From the IMG/VR virus record IMGVR_UViG_3300042547_000432: DNA of 64,000 nucleotides; one strand, 5' to 3'. Within the stretch, counting starts at the first letter, position 1; the number at the start of each line of letters is the position of its first letter. A program made the position numbers and the translations under genes. Source of the DNA: a virus. This document shows, piece after piece, positions 9,697 to 21,100 of this stretch. The notes below the pieces were generated by a model. It did no database searches, was not told where the DNA came from, and was given only the letters and a program-made list of their open reading frames with translations.

Positions 9697-11934
9697 TTAG
9701 TATACCCTCCAGTATGAACCTGTCCATACAACATCAATGCTTGCGCCAGAATAATCAAGTACTAAAGCATTATCAATTACTCCAGTGCTAACTAAGAATG
9801 ATTTGTTGTTAGCATTAATAACAGCATTAGCAGTGCTCCAAGTATTAGCACCATCAGCAAATCTAATAATATCCCCAATATTTGGGTTTGCTGGTAATGA
9901 AGCACTAACTAATCCATATGATGTGTCTACTATGTAATTTTTATTTGATTGTAATTGATTACTTGTAGTATTGAATGTTGCTGTCACAAAATATGGCGAT
10001 AAAGTTCCAGAAACATTTTTTGTTCCCATCATAACAAAATACTCACTTCCACCTATGCTGACATAATTAAAATTCAATGTGCTAATACTTGTTCCAAATT
10101 CAAATACTGGTTGATTGAAAAACGCCCAGTCTTTTCCATTAACAGATCTTAAAGTATTTCCAGCCGAATCCATGACCAAATATGCTTGTGTAGCTGGAAA
10201 ATATCTAAACGAAGATATGGTTGTTAAATTTTGAGGATTGATGATTAGATCTGTCCAAGTAGTTCCATTTGTGGATGTTTTAATCGTAACGTCGTTGCTT
10301 GTCAAATCATCTATAACAGCGATAAATCCAGTGCCAAATGCTTGTAAATGTACCTTTCTTGATCCACCAACATTTAATCTTTGGGTCCATGTTGTGCCAT
10401 TAATCGAAGATGAAATTTCACCTGAACTACCACCAACAACAAACACACCGTTGTTATAAGCAAATGACGTAATTGAAGATGCGATATTACTTACTCTGGA
10501 TGTAAAAGTAGTTGATCCAGTTGAAGATCCGATTTCACCAAAACTTCCTCCTATCAGTTGAACGCCATTTGCTGAAAAAGTTGCTACGATATCAGCTCCA
10601 GAACCACCAAATGGTCCAGATGAAGTTACCCATGTATCTCCATTAGATGAAGTAACCACAGTATTAGCATTTCCGCCAACAAAGAAAAAGGATCCTCCCC
10701 ATGATACAGAATTTAAATTATTTGGTGTTCCTGAAGTTCTCGCACTCCAATTTACTAAATCTGATGAAGAAGAAATTTTTCCGCCATCTGAAATTATTAC
10801 ATGTTTTGGAATAAATGTATTTTCGTTAAAAGCATATCCTTTTACATTAGTTTGTGGCGATACTTGTGTGTTTCTTTCTGTTAAAGCTGAGATGGAAGTT
10901 GGAATAGCAGCTAAAAATGTCCATCCAACCAGTGTTCCAGCTGTAGATTGAGTTAGAATTTCTTCCCATCTGGTTTGAGATTGGTTGTAAATTTTTGGTG
11001 CGTTTGTGAACGTATTAAAAATTAACTGACCATCAGTTGGACTTGCTGGGTCTGTGAGAACTGTGAGATTTAATTTTTCGGGAGTAATAGAACCATTTGA
11101 AATTTCTGAATTGCCAATTGCTCCTTGGGCAATTTTATCTGATGTGATGGCATCAGTAGCAATTTTATCTCCAGTGACATTTAAATCACGGATGTGATTT
11201 GTAGTAACTGCTCTGTCAGAATCAACTAAAGGACTACTCTTTAGTTTGGAAGAATCTACTGCTCCACCTGCTAACTTTCCAGTAGTGATGTTTAAATCAC
11301 GAATATGATTTGTGGTGACAGCTCTATCAGCATCTATTGAAGCACTTGACTTCAATTTTAAGTTGTCTACCGCACCGTCAGCAATCTTGCCATTTGTTAC
11401 AGCGGTATCAGCAAGTTTAGCAGTTGTGACATTTAAATCACGAATCTTAGCAGTAGTTACTGCTTCTGCTCCAGCTGTACCATCTAACTTAATTGTGGTG
11501 ATAGCACCGTCACCTACATCAGCTGCGATTACTGTGCCAGGAGCAATCTTATCAGAAGTGATCGCATTATCAGCAATCTTGGCAGTAGTAACAGCAGAAT
11601 CTTTTATAGTTTCTGTAGTTACGGTATCTGTTCCAGGTTTGTTGAGAGAAATTCTATCTCCAATAATAGCAAAGAAAATTGCTCCAGAAGATGGCGCAAT
11701 CGCAAAAGTAATGATGTTACTTTGAATAAAGAAATCTACTTTTGGATTTAACTGACCGCCATTAAGTACTGCTTGTACTAATAGTTCTGTATCTGGATAA
11801 ACTGGTTCCCCTTCAATCGTTAGATAGAATTGAGTTGCGGAACCATTAAATCCAACGCCACCGCCAACTCTTTGGAGGGGAGTATCAATTTTTCTATTAT
11901 CTGTCCTTGTGGGACTTATACCTAAGTATGGCAT
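9697..11934 (-). CDS. Tail fibre protein (745 aa)
   Basis: MPYLGISP-type fibre N-terminus, VTTAKIAD shaft repeats, W..RTS propeller-like repeats, and a C-terminal YIVDTS..SASLPANPNIGDIIRFAD module. Confidence 0.75.
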   Translation of the reverse strand: MPYLGISPTRTDNRKIDTPLQRVGGGVGFNGSATQFYLTIEGEPVYPDTELLVQAVLNGGQLNPKVDFFIQSNIITFAIAPSSGAIFFAIIGDRISLNKPGTDTVTTETIKDSAVTTAKIADNAITSDKIAPGTVIAADVGDGAITTIKLDGTAGAEAVTTAKIRDLNVTTAKLADTAVTNGKIADGAVDNLKLKSSASIDADRAVTTNHIRDLNITTGKLAGGAVDSSKLKSSPLVDSDRAVTTNHIRDLNVTGDKIATDAITSDKIAQGAIGNSEISNGSITPEKLNLTVLTDPASPTDGQLIFNTFTNAPKIYNQSQTRWEEILTQSTAGTLVGWTFLAAIPTSISALTERNTQVSPQTNVKGYAFNENTFIPKHVIISDGGKISSSSDLVNWSARTSGTPNNLNSVSWGGSFFFVGGNANTVVTSSNGDTWVTSSGPFGGSGADIVATFSANGVQLIGGSFGEIGSSTGSTTFTSRVSNIASSITSFAYNNGVFVVGGSSGEISSSINGTTWTQRLNVGGSRKVHLQAFGTGFIAVIDDLTSNDVTIKTSTNGTTWTDLIINPQNLTTISSFRYFPATQAYLVMDSAGNTLRSVNGKDWAFFNQPVFEFGTSISTLNFNYVSIGGSEYFVMMGTKNVSGTLSPYFVTATFNTTSNQLQSNKNYIVDTSYGLVSASLPANPNIGDIIRFADGANTWSTANAVINANNKSFLVSTGVIDNALVLDYSGASIDVVWTGSYWRVY

Positions 11935-11945
11935 TACTCCTCCTA

Positions 11946-12278
11946 TTAATTAGTAATTTCTAAGAAACTTAATAAGACATCCATACCGCCAGCAGTGTCA
12001 CATCGTACTCTTACTTGATCCCCAACTTCCAATACAATCTTTTGCCCTGATAGAACTTCGAAAGAAGCACCAGTAGGAATGGGAATATTTTTAATTAAAT
12101 TAGCATCAGCACCAGACGCCTTATCAATTTGAACATCGGCAACTACAGAAGAGGTTGCTACACAAGCAAGGTTTAGTCCAATGATGATTGCTACACTATT
12201 GGCAGGGCAAGTATATACTGAGGTATATGTTGTACCAACAGCTGCGCTTACTCTGGATCTAAAGGTATTAGTTGCCAT
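11946..12278 (-). CDS. Small conserved fibre-associated structural protein
   Basis: MATNTFRSRV..AVGT..IKNIPIPTGASFEV..GQKIVLE type, co-transcribed with the fibre genes. Confidence 0.6.
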   Translation of the reverse strand: MATNTFRSRVSAAVGTTYTSVYTCPANSVAIIIGLNLACVATSSVVADVQIDKASGADANLIKNIPIPTGASFEVLSGQKIVLEVGDQVRVRCDTAGGMDVLLSFLEITN

Positions 12279-12279
12279 T

Positions 12280-12549
12280 TTATCCTAACGCGATTGATAA
12301 TGCCAAAACATCTTCAACAAAAACAGGTGTTACCCACGATAGATCTCCCGACCCATTCGTTTGTAACACCTGTCTGTCTACGCCAGCAGTTGTGGGTAGA
12401 GTCAATGTGTAATTAGCGGAAAGAGATGATGGCGCTCGAAGCGAAACAGAATTGTCTCCATTCGAAGATAATTCTTGTAACTCTAATCTATTCTGATTTT
12501 GTACGACGACGCCGTTTTTTACGACGAACGCCTTAGCATTCGTTGCCAT
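12280..12549 (-). CDS. Miniature fibre-module protein (89 aa)
   Basis: Contains one SLRAPSSLSANYTLTLP..G..QVL.TNGSG.LSW fibre module and an ALSIALG C-terminus. Confidence 0.6.
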   Translation of the reverse strand: MATNAKAFVVKNGVVVQNQNRLELQELSSNGDNSVSLRAPSSLSANYTLTLPTTAGVDRQVLQTNGSGDLSWVTPVFVEDVLALSIALG

Positions 12550-12587
12550 GAAGGTTCACTCTCCCCTTCCGCTAAATTTTCTATCTT

Positions 12588-12595
12588 TATTTATA
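12588..12595 (-). promoter_or_regulatory. T4-type late promoter TATAAATA (leftward)
   Basis: Exact octamer upstream of 12549. Confidence 0.8.
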
Positions 12596-12612
12596 CAATT
12601 AAAATACTGAAT

Positions 12613-12620
12613 TATAAATA
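12613..12620 (+). promoter_or_regulatory. T4-type late promoter TATAAATA (rightward)
   Basis: Exact octamer 28 nt upstream of the ATG at 12649. Confidence 0.8.
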
Positions 12621-12648
12621 CTATTACGGAAAAATGTAGGAAATCATA

Positions 12649-15330
12649 ATGCCATCACAAAACCAATTTCCTTGGTCAACCGTTGAAAAAATTGCCGCAA
12701 ATCTATTCACCAATGGTTTTCATAGTGGAATTAGTTTTGCTTATGATTCACAGAATGGAAGAATAAACGCAACTTCTACGGGCGGCGGTGGCGGCGGTTC
12801 AACACCACCAAGTTTAAGCATAACTACTCAGGGAGCGTCTGGGTCTGGAGCATTAACATATAATAGTACATCTGGCGTTCTAACTTTTACTCCACCACTA
12901 CTAACTGGATACGCACAAAAGAATGCTGCTGAAACATTCTCTTCATTAGTGGTTGGAACAAGTACAACATCGCCAACTGTTTTAGCAAACACTATTACGA
13001 ATACAACTGGTGGTCCAGTTTCATTTAGCGCAGGACTGGATACACCTTCACTAAGAATTAATGGATCAAATGGTATATCTGGTCAATATCTAACAAGCAC
13101 TGGTGCGGGTGCTACGTGGACAACTACCAGTTTTATCTCGGAAAATTCCTCACCAACATTATCAAATTTAAGTATAACTGGTAATCTTAATGTAGTTGGA
13201 ACGATTACAACAAATAATCTAACAACATTAAATGTTACTAACAATCAAATTATATTAAATGATAGTGTTGTTGGACAACCAACAGCTAATGCCAGTATCA
13301 TCGTTGAAAGAGGATCTTCAAATGATACTGTTATTCGTTGGAATGAATTGAGTGACAGGTGGGAGTTTACTAATGATGGAATTACATACCAGAACATTCC
13401 AGTTCCAACTGATTATAATAATTACAATAATTTACTGAATAGACCAACTATTCCAGCAGCACAAGTGAATGCTGATTGGACAGCAACAACTGGGGTTAGT
13501 GCTATTCTAAACAAACCAACATTGTTTAGTGGAGCATATGCTGATCTAACTGGCAAACCAACAATTCCTACATTACTACAAAATCTTGGTAATGTTTCAT
13601 CTGCCACTCCAATAACAGGAAACATTTTGCGTTGGGATGGCACTCAATGGGCGCCTGCTTCCGCTGGTGGATCTGGAAGTGGTGGTGGAACCATGATTGG
13701 TCCAGTCACATCAACTGATAAAGCAATCGCAAGATGGAATGGAACAACAGGAAATGAAGTTCAAGACTCATTAGTTACTATATCTAATGATGGAGCAATT
13801 ACTGCTCCAAGAACTAATAACCTTATTCCATTTTATTATGCCAGTATTGCTGAATTTCCTTCTGCTTCTGGAAACGAAGGTGCTTTGGTTTACTCGCAGT
13901 CTGGCGGTGCTCTATATTATTCTCATTCTGGTAGTTGGACAAATCAAAGAGTTGTAACAACTTCAAGCTCTACATCTTCAGATCTTCAAACACTCATTGG
14001 AAACTTTCAACAAACATACTCTACATCGGTACAAGATTATACTGTTGGCAATACACAGCAAAATGCCGAAAGAAAAATTTTAAGACTCTCTGCTTCTGGT
14101 GGTGCCACGAGTGATGTTATTGTCAGAGCAACAAGCGGACTCAACATTTCCAGAGTCAACAATGAACTCACAATTACAGGAAGAACATATAATTTTAGTA
14201 GTGAAGCATCTGCTGGCAATACTGTTAAATTAAGATTACAAGAAATCGGTATTGCTACTACAAATACCGATATCACTTTTGCTGGTGCTGATGGATTATT
14301 GGTTGAAAGAACCAACGCAACCACAATCACATTCAGAGCTCCAGCAAATACAGTAACTCAATATACAGATGCGGCGGCAAAAGATGCTGCTGCGTTGATG
14401 TTGATTAATGGTAGTAAAGTTGGAGTTACATATACTTATGATAGTGTCAATAAAGTATTAAACACTATTGTTAGCGGCGGCGGTGGTGGTGGCACTGTTA
14501 TTACATATGATTTACAAGGCAGAAATACTACCAGTAACAACGCATTCGTTGATCTTGTTCCAAGTAGTGGATTAACGGATAGCATTGAATTTGTTGGTAG
14601 TGCTGGCACGACTGTAAACTGGGATTCTGGAAACAGAAGAATCACGATTGGTAGCGTTGCTCCAGTTCAAGCAGACTGGAATCAAACTAATAATTCTTCT
14701 CTTGATTTTATTAAGAACAAACCAACCATTCCTGCTGCGTACACACTTCCAACTGCTTCTGGTTCTGTCCTTGGTGGAATTAAAGTTGGTGCTAACTTAA
14801 GTATTGATGTCAATGGTGTTCTTAGCGCAAACACAGGTAGTTATACATTACCAACAGCAACCGCAACAGTTCTTGGCGGTATCAAGATTGGATCTGGATT
14901 AACCATTGATGGAAATGGAGTTGTCAGTGCTTCTGTAGCAGCAAGTGTTCCAACAATTCAAGAATTAAGTGGAACTACTGCGTCATTAGCTCCTGACACA
15001 ACAGCAGAACTAAATATTACTGGATACAAAGCATATTCACTATTTAAAATTACAACAACTGCTGAGGCATGGGTTCGTGTATATACAGATGACGTATCAA
15101 GAGATGCTGATTCAACAAGAAGTGAAGGAACAGATCCAACAGCAGGTTCTGGTGTTATCGCTGAAATAAGAACTGATGGTGTTACAAATACAGTATTAAT
15201 CAGTCCAGGTATCTTGGGATTCAATAATGATAGTCCAAGAACCACAACAATCTATCTCTCTGTTACAAACAGAAGTACCTCATCCACCCCAATTACAGTA
15301 ACTCTAACAGCATTAAAGATCGGAGAATAA
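12649..15330 (+). CDS. Tail fibre-like protein (893 aa)
   Basis: Gly linkers, two ADW...NKPT repeats, two YTLPTA...LGGIK.G..L.ID.NG repeats, and a cyanophage C-terminal module (AWVRVYTD..SR..D..R.EGTDP..GSGVIAE). Confidence 0.75.
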   Translation: MPSQNQFPWSTVEKIAANLFTNGFHSGISFAYDSQNGRINATSTGGGGGGSTPPSLSITTQGASGSGALTYNSTSGVLTFTPPLLTGYAQKNAAETFSSLVVGTSTTSPTVLANTITNTTGGPVSFSAGLDTPSLRINGSNGISGQYLTSTGAGATWTTTSFISENSSPTLSNLSITGNLNVVGTITTNNLTTLNVTNNQIILNDSVVGQPTANASIIVERGSSNDTVIRWNELSDRWEFTNDGITYQNIPVPTDYNNYNNLLNRPTIPAAQVNADWTATTGVSAILNKPTLFSGAYADLTGKPTIPTLLQNLGNVSSATPITGNILRWDGTQWAPASAGGSGSGGGTMIGPVTSTDKAIARWNGTTGNEVQDSLVTISNDGAITAPRTNNLIPFYYASIAEFPSASGNEGALVYSQSGGALYYSHSGSWTNQRVVTTSSSTSSDLQTLIGNFQQTYSTSVQDYTVGNTQQNAERKILRLSASGGATSDVIVRATSGLNISRVNNELTITGRTYNFSSEASAGNTVKLRLQEIGIATTNTDITFAGADGLLVERTNATTITFRAPANTVTQYTDAAAKDAAALMLINGSKVGVTYTYDSVNKVLNTIVSGGGGGGTVITYDLQGRNTTSNNAFVDLVPSSGLTDSIEFVGSAGTTVNWDSGNRRITIGSVAPVQADWNQTNNSSLDFIKNKPTIPAAYTLPTASGSVLGGIKVGANLSIDVNGVLSANTGSYTLPTATATVLGGIKIGSGLTIDGNGVVSASVAASVPTIQELSGTTASLAPDTTAELNITGYKAYSLFKITTTAEAWVRVYTDDVSRDADSTRSEGTDPTAGSGVIAEIRTDGVTNTVLISPGILGFNNDSPRTTTIYLSVTNRSTSSTPITVTLTALKIGE

Positions 15331-15333
15331 AAA

Positions 15334-17646
15334 ATGGCAATTTTTAAATCAGTTATTAATGTTAATAATGGAAATACTGGATGGACAAGTCAGCATGTTT
15401 TAGATGCGTTAGAAACTGCTTTTAGTCAGTTGGGGTTTAATGGTGGTAGTGCGGTTGCTGGTTCTCCTGTAGCGTTTGAAGCGCCAGGAAATAATTCAAC
15501 TACCCTTGGAGATTCTAACTGGAGATTTTGTGGTGGTCCTGCGGTAACACAAACGTCAAATATTAACAGATATTTTTATGTTACTAACAATGGAACATCA
15601 TCATATAGTGTACTGGAACAGTGGTTTACGAGTTCGGTAAACGCAGCAAATGATACACTATCATACACAAGACATGGATTACAAACTGGAAATCCTGTAA
15701 GATGGAATCCTGGTGGAGCAGTTACTGGGGGATCTATTACTGGATTAACAAACGATACAACCTATTATATTATTAGAGTTGATGGTAATACCATTAGATT
15801 AGCAGCAACACTTGATGATGCCACAAATGGTATTCCTGTAAACATTACAGGGACTTCTGGTAATTTTGGTTTTATTCCATTGAGAAGAGAATTTAATGTT
15901 TTATACAACAATTTTCAGATTGATGCTGAAATGGGGGATACTCTAAATTTTACAGTTGATGACACAACAAGTGGTGGTAATTTCTTTTTGGTAAATGACC
16001 CAACAAGTGGATATAATACAAATAAAATTTTAAATACATCAAACTACCAATCAGTATCTTATCGAGTTTTCCCAACAGGGCAAGGAACTTCAAGCGTGAC
16101 ATGGCAAGTGAGAGGATGGCCGCAGACAGAAGATGAAGTATCAAATCCACAAGAAATTTCTGGGACTGGTTTTTCGGGAGTTTATTCGTATGGATATATT
16201 AACTCAGCAAATCCATCTATGCGTGGAGTTATTAGAATTCTGCCATCGGTAAACAGTAATAACGCTACCACATTTTATCCATATTGGAAATATACTATAC
16301 CAGCATCTGGTGGTAGATCATCTTTAAAAGTTCGTGTTTATCGTTTTCCTTCATCTCCATTCTCATACACTGGTAGTGTAGCTGGCATAACTATCCACAA
16401 TATAGGTTCTGGGTGGAACGCAAATGAAGTTCTGACAATTCCTGGTTCCGCTGTTGGTGGTGTTGATATAACGAATGACATTTTAGTTGGCGTAAATAGC
16501 GCAACAACCGCACAGCAAAATGCTGGAAATGGAGTTTGTGATGTTGTTGTCACGAACTATGGCGCTGGAAGCACCATGTATCAAAAGAGTTCATTTGGAC
16601 ATTTTGCGGTTTTGAGAAATGTAAATGACAATACAAAAACATTTGGAACAACATTCTATGGGTTTGGCATGGATCAAAACAACTATAGAATGTATTTAAA
16701 TTCTGGGGCAATGTGGTGTTCCTTGAATAGAAAAGGAACAAACACAACTTCCACAAATGGTGGGTATGAATATGGATTCTACGGGGGCGATAGGGGACTG
16801 GATTATCAAGAATACAACAATCAAATATCAACGAGCGATACATCGTTTACATACATTGATTACGCAACATCATCAACTCCAACTGCGTATCCTCTTTCTA
16901 TAAGAATTTATAAAGCACAATCACCTCAAGATACTAACTTTGCTGTTATACAGTTTACACAAACAATTAACAACGCCATCATTCCATTTGGATCTTTCAC
17001 AATCCACAAAGGAAGTAATTTTGGAGCAAATATTTGGGATTTAAATAATGTTTGGAATGGTGGAATGACTTTTTATAGTTCAAGTGGAAGGACTGTGAGT
17101 TTAATTCATCAAGTTCCTGGATATCATTATTCTAGCTCAAATACTCAAGCAGAACCAACAACTAATTATTCTCTATCAAGAGAAGCAAATTACGGTTATT
17201 TACGAGAGACAAGTGGATCATGGAACTTTACCTTCCCAGTAAGCACTTATTCAGCAAATATTGATACTGATAATGATAGTACAAGTATTTTGACTTATTA
17301 TAGAAACTCTACTTACGACAGATATCAAAGTAGTGATACATCAGTCAGTTATGCCAATAGAGATAAATCAGTATCATCTTTAGCTAATTATTACAAACCA
17401 ATGAAAGGAATTCCTATTTCGAATAATTTAATGCCTTGCCCATATTATATTCCAGATGATTTTATTATGCTACAAGTAGCAACATCTCCTGGATTAACTC
17501 AATTCAGACCTGGAGATACTATTACTGTTAGTCCTTCGGAAATATATGAAATCATTCTATCTGGATATCAAACATCTCAAAATGGTCTTGATAATGTAAG
17601 TGGCAATAATTCAATAGGAATGTTATTCTGTGCGAGGACAACCTAA
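15334..17646 (+). CDS. Virion structural / fibre-associated protein (770 aa)
   Basis: N/T/S/G-rich, with one HGLQTGNPVRW module and the C-terminus PCPYYIPDDFIMLQVATSPGLTQFRPGDT. Confidence 0.65.
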   Translation: MAIFKSVINVNNGNTGWTSQHVLDALETAFSQLGFNGGSAVAGSPVAFEAPGNNSTTLGDSNWRFCGGPAVTQTSNINRYFYVTNNGTSSYSVLEQWFTSSVNAANDTLSYTRHGLQTGNPVRWNPGGAVTGGSITGLTNDTTYYIIRVDGNTIRLAATLDDATNGIPVNITGTSGNFGFIPLRREFNVLYNNFQIDAEMGDTLNFTVDDTTSGGNFFLVNDPTSGYNTNKILNTSNYQSVSYRVFPTGQGTSSVTWQVRGWPQTEDEVSNPQEISGTGFSGVYSYGYINSANPSMRGVIRILPSVNSNNATTFYPYWKYTIPASGGRSSLKVRVYRFPSSPFSYTGSVAGITIHNIGSGWNANEVLTIPGSAVGGVDITNDILVGVNSATTAQQNAGNGVCDVVVTNYGAGSTMYQKSSFGHFAVLRNVNDNTKTFGTTFYGFGMDQNNYRMYLNSGAMWCSLNRKGTNTTSTNGGYEYGFYGGDRGLDYQEYNNQISTSDTSFTYIDYATSSTPTAYPLSIRIYKAQSPQDTNFAVIQFTQTINNAIIPFGSFTIHKGSNFGANIWDLNNVWNGGMTFYSSSGRTVSLIHQVPGYHYSSSNTQAEPTTNYSLSREANYGYLRETSGSWNFTFPVSTYSANIDTDNDSTSILTYYRNSTYDRYQSSDTSVSYANRDKSVSSLANYYKPMKGIPISNNLMPCPYYIPDDFIMLQVATSPGLTQFRPGDTITVSPSEIYEIILSGYQTSQNGLDNVSGNNSIGMLFCARTT

Positions 17647-17921
17647 TGCCAGACATCGTATTGTCAGATTTACAACCAACAACAGCAGCAACAGCAGTAG
17701 ATAACTCTATTGCTTTTTTACAGACAACAGCAACACCATTTATTACTCCCACACTTTCTTCTGTGACAAGAGCTTCGAGCAATACCGCATTTTCTTCAAA
17801 TTACAACATAAACAATTTAGATTCTCCTGTTACTGGAAATCGTTCTTCTGTTCCTGGTATTCTTAGTGGTAGACGACCAAGATTTGGTCAATTATTCCCA
17901 AGGGGATATTTCAACCGATAA
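17646..17921 (+). CDS. Small fibre-associated protein (91 aa)
   Basis: Translationally coupled to the upstream gene (TAATG overlap); C-terminal GRRPRFGQLFPRG motif. Confidence 0.6.
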   Translation: MPDIVLSDLQPTTAATAVDNSIAFLQTTATPFITPTLSSVTRASSNTAFSSNYNINNLDSPVTGNRSSVPGILSGRRPRFGQLFPRGYFNR

Positions 17922-17951
17922 AAAAAGACCCCCTTTTGGGGTCTATTTTTT
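17921..17951. terminator. Bidirectional rho-independent terminator
   Basis: AAAAAAGACCCC-CTTTT-GGGGTCTATTTTTT, lying between convergent genes. Confidence 0.85.
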
Positions 17952-18135
17952 ATTCTGCTGCTGGGGCTTCTTCTTCGGACTCTTGTGAAGATAGCAGCTC
18001 TAACGTTTCCAAACCACCTTGTAGTTTGAGTTTATATTCTTCTAACTTTTCTAATTCGCCTTTCAGTTTAGCAATTTGACCTTCAGTTTCTTTCAACTGA
18101 TTATTAAAATTAGTTCTCAGGGTATCAGCATTCAT
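17950..18135 (-). CDS. Small coiled-coil hypothetical protein
   Basis: Heptad pattern (QLKETEGQIAKLKGELEKLEEYKLKLQGGLE); a CATAAATA late-like promoter lies at 18163-18170. Confidence 0.6.
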   Translation of the reverse strand: MNADTLRTNFNNQLKETEGQIAKLKGELEKLEEYKLKLQGGLETLELLSSQESEEEAPAAE

Positions 18136-18165
18136 GTTTACAAAAAATTAACAACGCTGTTTTAT

Positions 18166-21100
18166 TTATGTGAGGAAGTCTCTGCTTAATCTAATCGTGT
18201 TAGAAATTACATTTTCTACACCACTCCAGAATCCACCAGGATTTCCTGCTGGCATTCCATTTACAGCAGTGGGTGTGTATGTTACCGAAATGATATTATT
18301 GTTTAATGTAGCTGTAAATTCACCTAAATTTTTAGTCCATAGAGTACCATATTCACTGATTAAAACATCAACACCATCATGTACGATCATCAATTCAGTG
18401 GAGTGTAAATATTTTGTTTCTTGATTTTGTACGTTAGTTGGTCCAATTGGTTTGTTGTGAATTTGAAGTAAGTACTTAGCAGTGTAAATATCTTTTGCTG
18501 AGAAAGTATCAATCACAACTGGAGCAATCGTTGAGAAAGTCTGTGATACATTGACAGTGCTTCCTCTGAAGTTGGTAATGTTAATAACACCATAATTATC
18601 TGGGTCAGAACCGTCTTGATAATATAATACAGATGGTGTATCTTGAGTTACTGTTACAATAATCTCCCCAACTTCAACACCAGAACCATTACTCTGAACA
18701 CTACTTACAAATTTTGTAATACCTATATTATAAATTGATGCGGGTGGATTTGCTATTGTGCCTGTTTGACCAGGAACAGTAGTGATAAACATTGGGTGAC
18801 CAACATTAGATTGTTTCAATATGAATTTAATTGATTGCCCAACCACCATCTGTAGTTGTGGTCTTTCTCCTATGCTTCTGTTAGTAACTAATTCATTAAT
18901 TTCCCATTTGCCACTTACATTAGGAACAGTTTCGTATTCAAAAATTTCAGCAGCAAATCCCCTCAGTGGAACTTCTGCTACGTTTTGTTCCGAATAAAAA
19001 GTATTTCCAAGTAATGAACGAGGACCAATATTCTCAATCTTGGATAGTGAAACACCTTTATCTCTAAGAGTTACTGAGAAACCAGTTGATGATAACATCT
19101 CGAAGGTGTTGTAATCAAAGCTGGCAACACCATATTCACTGCTTCCTGTAGATTGCCCAGAAGCAAACTTAGCAATGTTTACATCAAGATCAAGGAATCC
19201 AGTTCTATATGGATCACCCTTAGTTACAGTTCCACCAGTTACATATACACCTGGGTTTACAGCAGCGGGAACAGTAAACGTATCTCCATCAATTACGGTT
19301 ACTTGATAATAACCATTATAAGAACCTGGGGATATACCATCAACTTCAACATAATCTCCGTTTACTAATCCGTGAAGTGTTGATGTGTTAAATGTAAATA
19401 TTGGAGAACCACCACTGGTGTAAAATGCCGATGAGATATTAGCAGGTGTAGATGTTCCTTTAACGGAAATGGGACCATCGCTACCTAATGTAATAATTGT
19501 TGTTCCTGAAATTTGATTGGGAACAGCTCTTACGCCTTTTGGTAGAGGAACATATTTGCTTAGACCAGAAAGGAATGTATTTTGGTTAGCAATTCTTGTT
19601 CCTAAACGAGCTGGAGATACAATGCCAGAAACGATCTGACTGGCATCAACTTGTTCAGATGAAATAACCTGCCAGTTGTTGTTTATTGTTGCTGGTAGAG
19701 ATGCTAAGATGTAAGATCTTGATGGTGGGGTTGTTGTATTTGTTTGAACAACGAAGTCACCCACTTTTAGGGGAGTGGCATTTTTAATTGTAATTGTTCC
19801 AGAAATTTGTGATGTAAAGTTTGCTCCAGGAACATCAAGAGTAATTTGATTTGTACCCGTATCAATCGCAACAATTTTGGCATCTGTTAGACCATTTGGT
19901 GGCACATTAGTACCAGTTACCGCATATCCAATTTCAACCTGAACAAGATTGTTTAGTGTCAATACATTACTGCCGATTGTATGAGCAGTAACAGTTTTAG
20001 ATAATGTAGGAATAGCGGCAACTAAACGCTCAGCATCTGTATCAACAACATAAACGTTGAATGGTTCTTGTGGTGGAATTTGGTCTCGGTTGATTTTACC
20101 AGTACCATCCAACTGAACAACAAGTCCAGGTTGTGGTGAAGTACCTACATCCAGATCAAAGAAAGGACCAACTTTATCTACAACGAAATCACGTACAGCT
20201 TTTTGTGTTGGTAAAACTTGATCTGATCTACCAGAAGATCCACCCAAATCTGTATTGGTTGAGAACGCAAAAATTGGTGTACCAGGCGATCCTTTTAATT
20301 GAAGCGAATCAAGAATACCAATAGCAACCGCACCAGTAAAAGTAGCCTTACCTGTTCTTAGGTCAACGTTGAAGTTTGGTCCAACTGTAAAGTTACCATC
20401 TTGGTCGGTAGCAGAAACATAGCACTTACCTGCGTTGATTTCTATACTTTGTTTTGCTGGTATCGCTCTACCACCATTTGTAGGTAGAGCCATGTAGTTT
20501 GTACCAGAACCAACATATTCAAATGTATGACCAGAACTGTTAACACTTGATGGGGTGCGAAGTTCAATAGCAGCATTATTTGGAACTAATGGAAGATCAG
20601 CATTTGGAACTTTTTGAACCAAACTAAATTCGCAAGTGTTTGCTTCATCTGGGGGAGAAAAAATGAAAATTTCGTCAACAATATATTCTCCATCAGGAAG
20701 TCCTGGCAATTGATCAATTTTTACAATCTGGTTTGCTAAGGGAGCTTTCTGGAAGTTGATAGCGGTTACTTTAGTGTAAGTAGAACCGCTGGTAATTGTC
20801 ACCAATCCAGTAGATCCACCAGCATAAGGAGGAGCATAAGATTGTAAGAATGGGGTATTTAAAATAAATGTGAATAAGTTGTCACTGAATCTTACTGTTT
20901 CAATTTCTATACCAGTTCCATTGATGTTTGGTGTTGCTGTATGGTTAGCAATCGTAATAATTTGCCCCCTTTCAAATTTACTAATATCGTTAGCGGAGAC
21001 TCTAACAGTTACTCTTGTCTTTGCTCCACTTAGTACTGAACTGAAAGAAGTTCCTACGATAGCAGACGCTGTTGTAGCGAATGATGTTTTTGTGATGTTG

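Noticed and set aside
514-17921. Diversity-generating retroelement or invertase-driven fibre switching
   Set aside because: I saw no reverse transcriptase, no adenine-mismatched TR/VR pair and no recombinase or flanking inverted repeats in the window.
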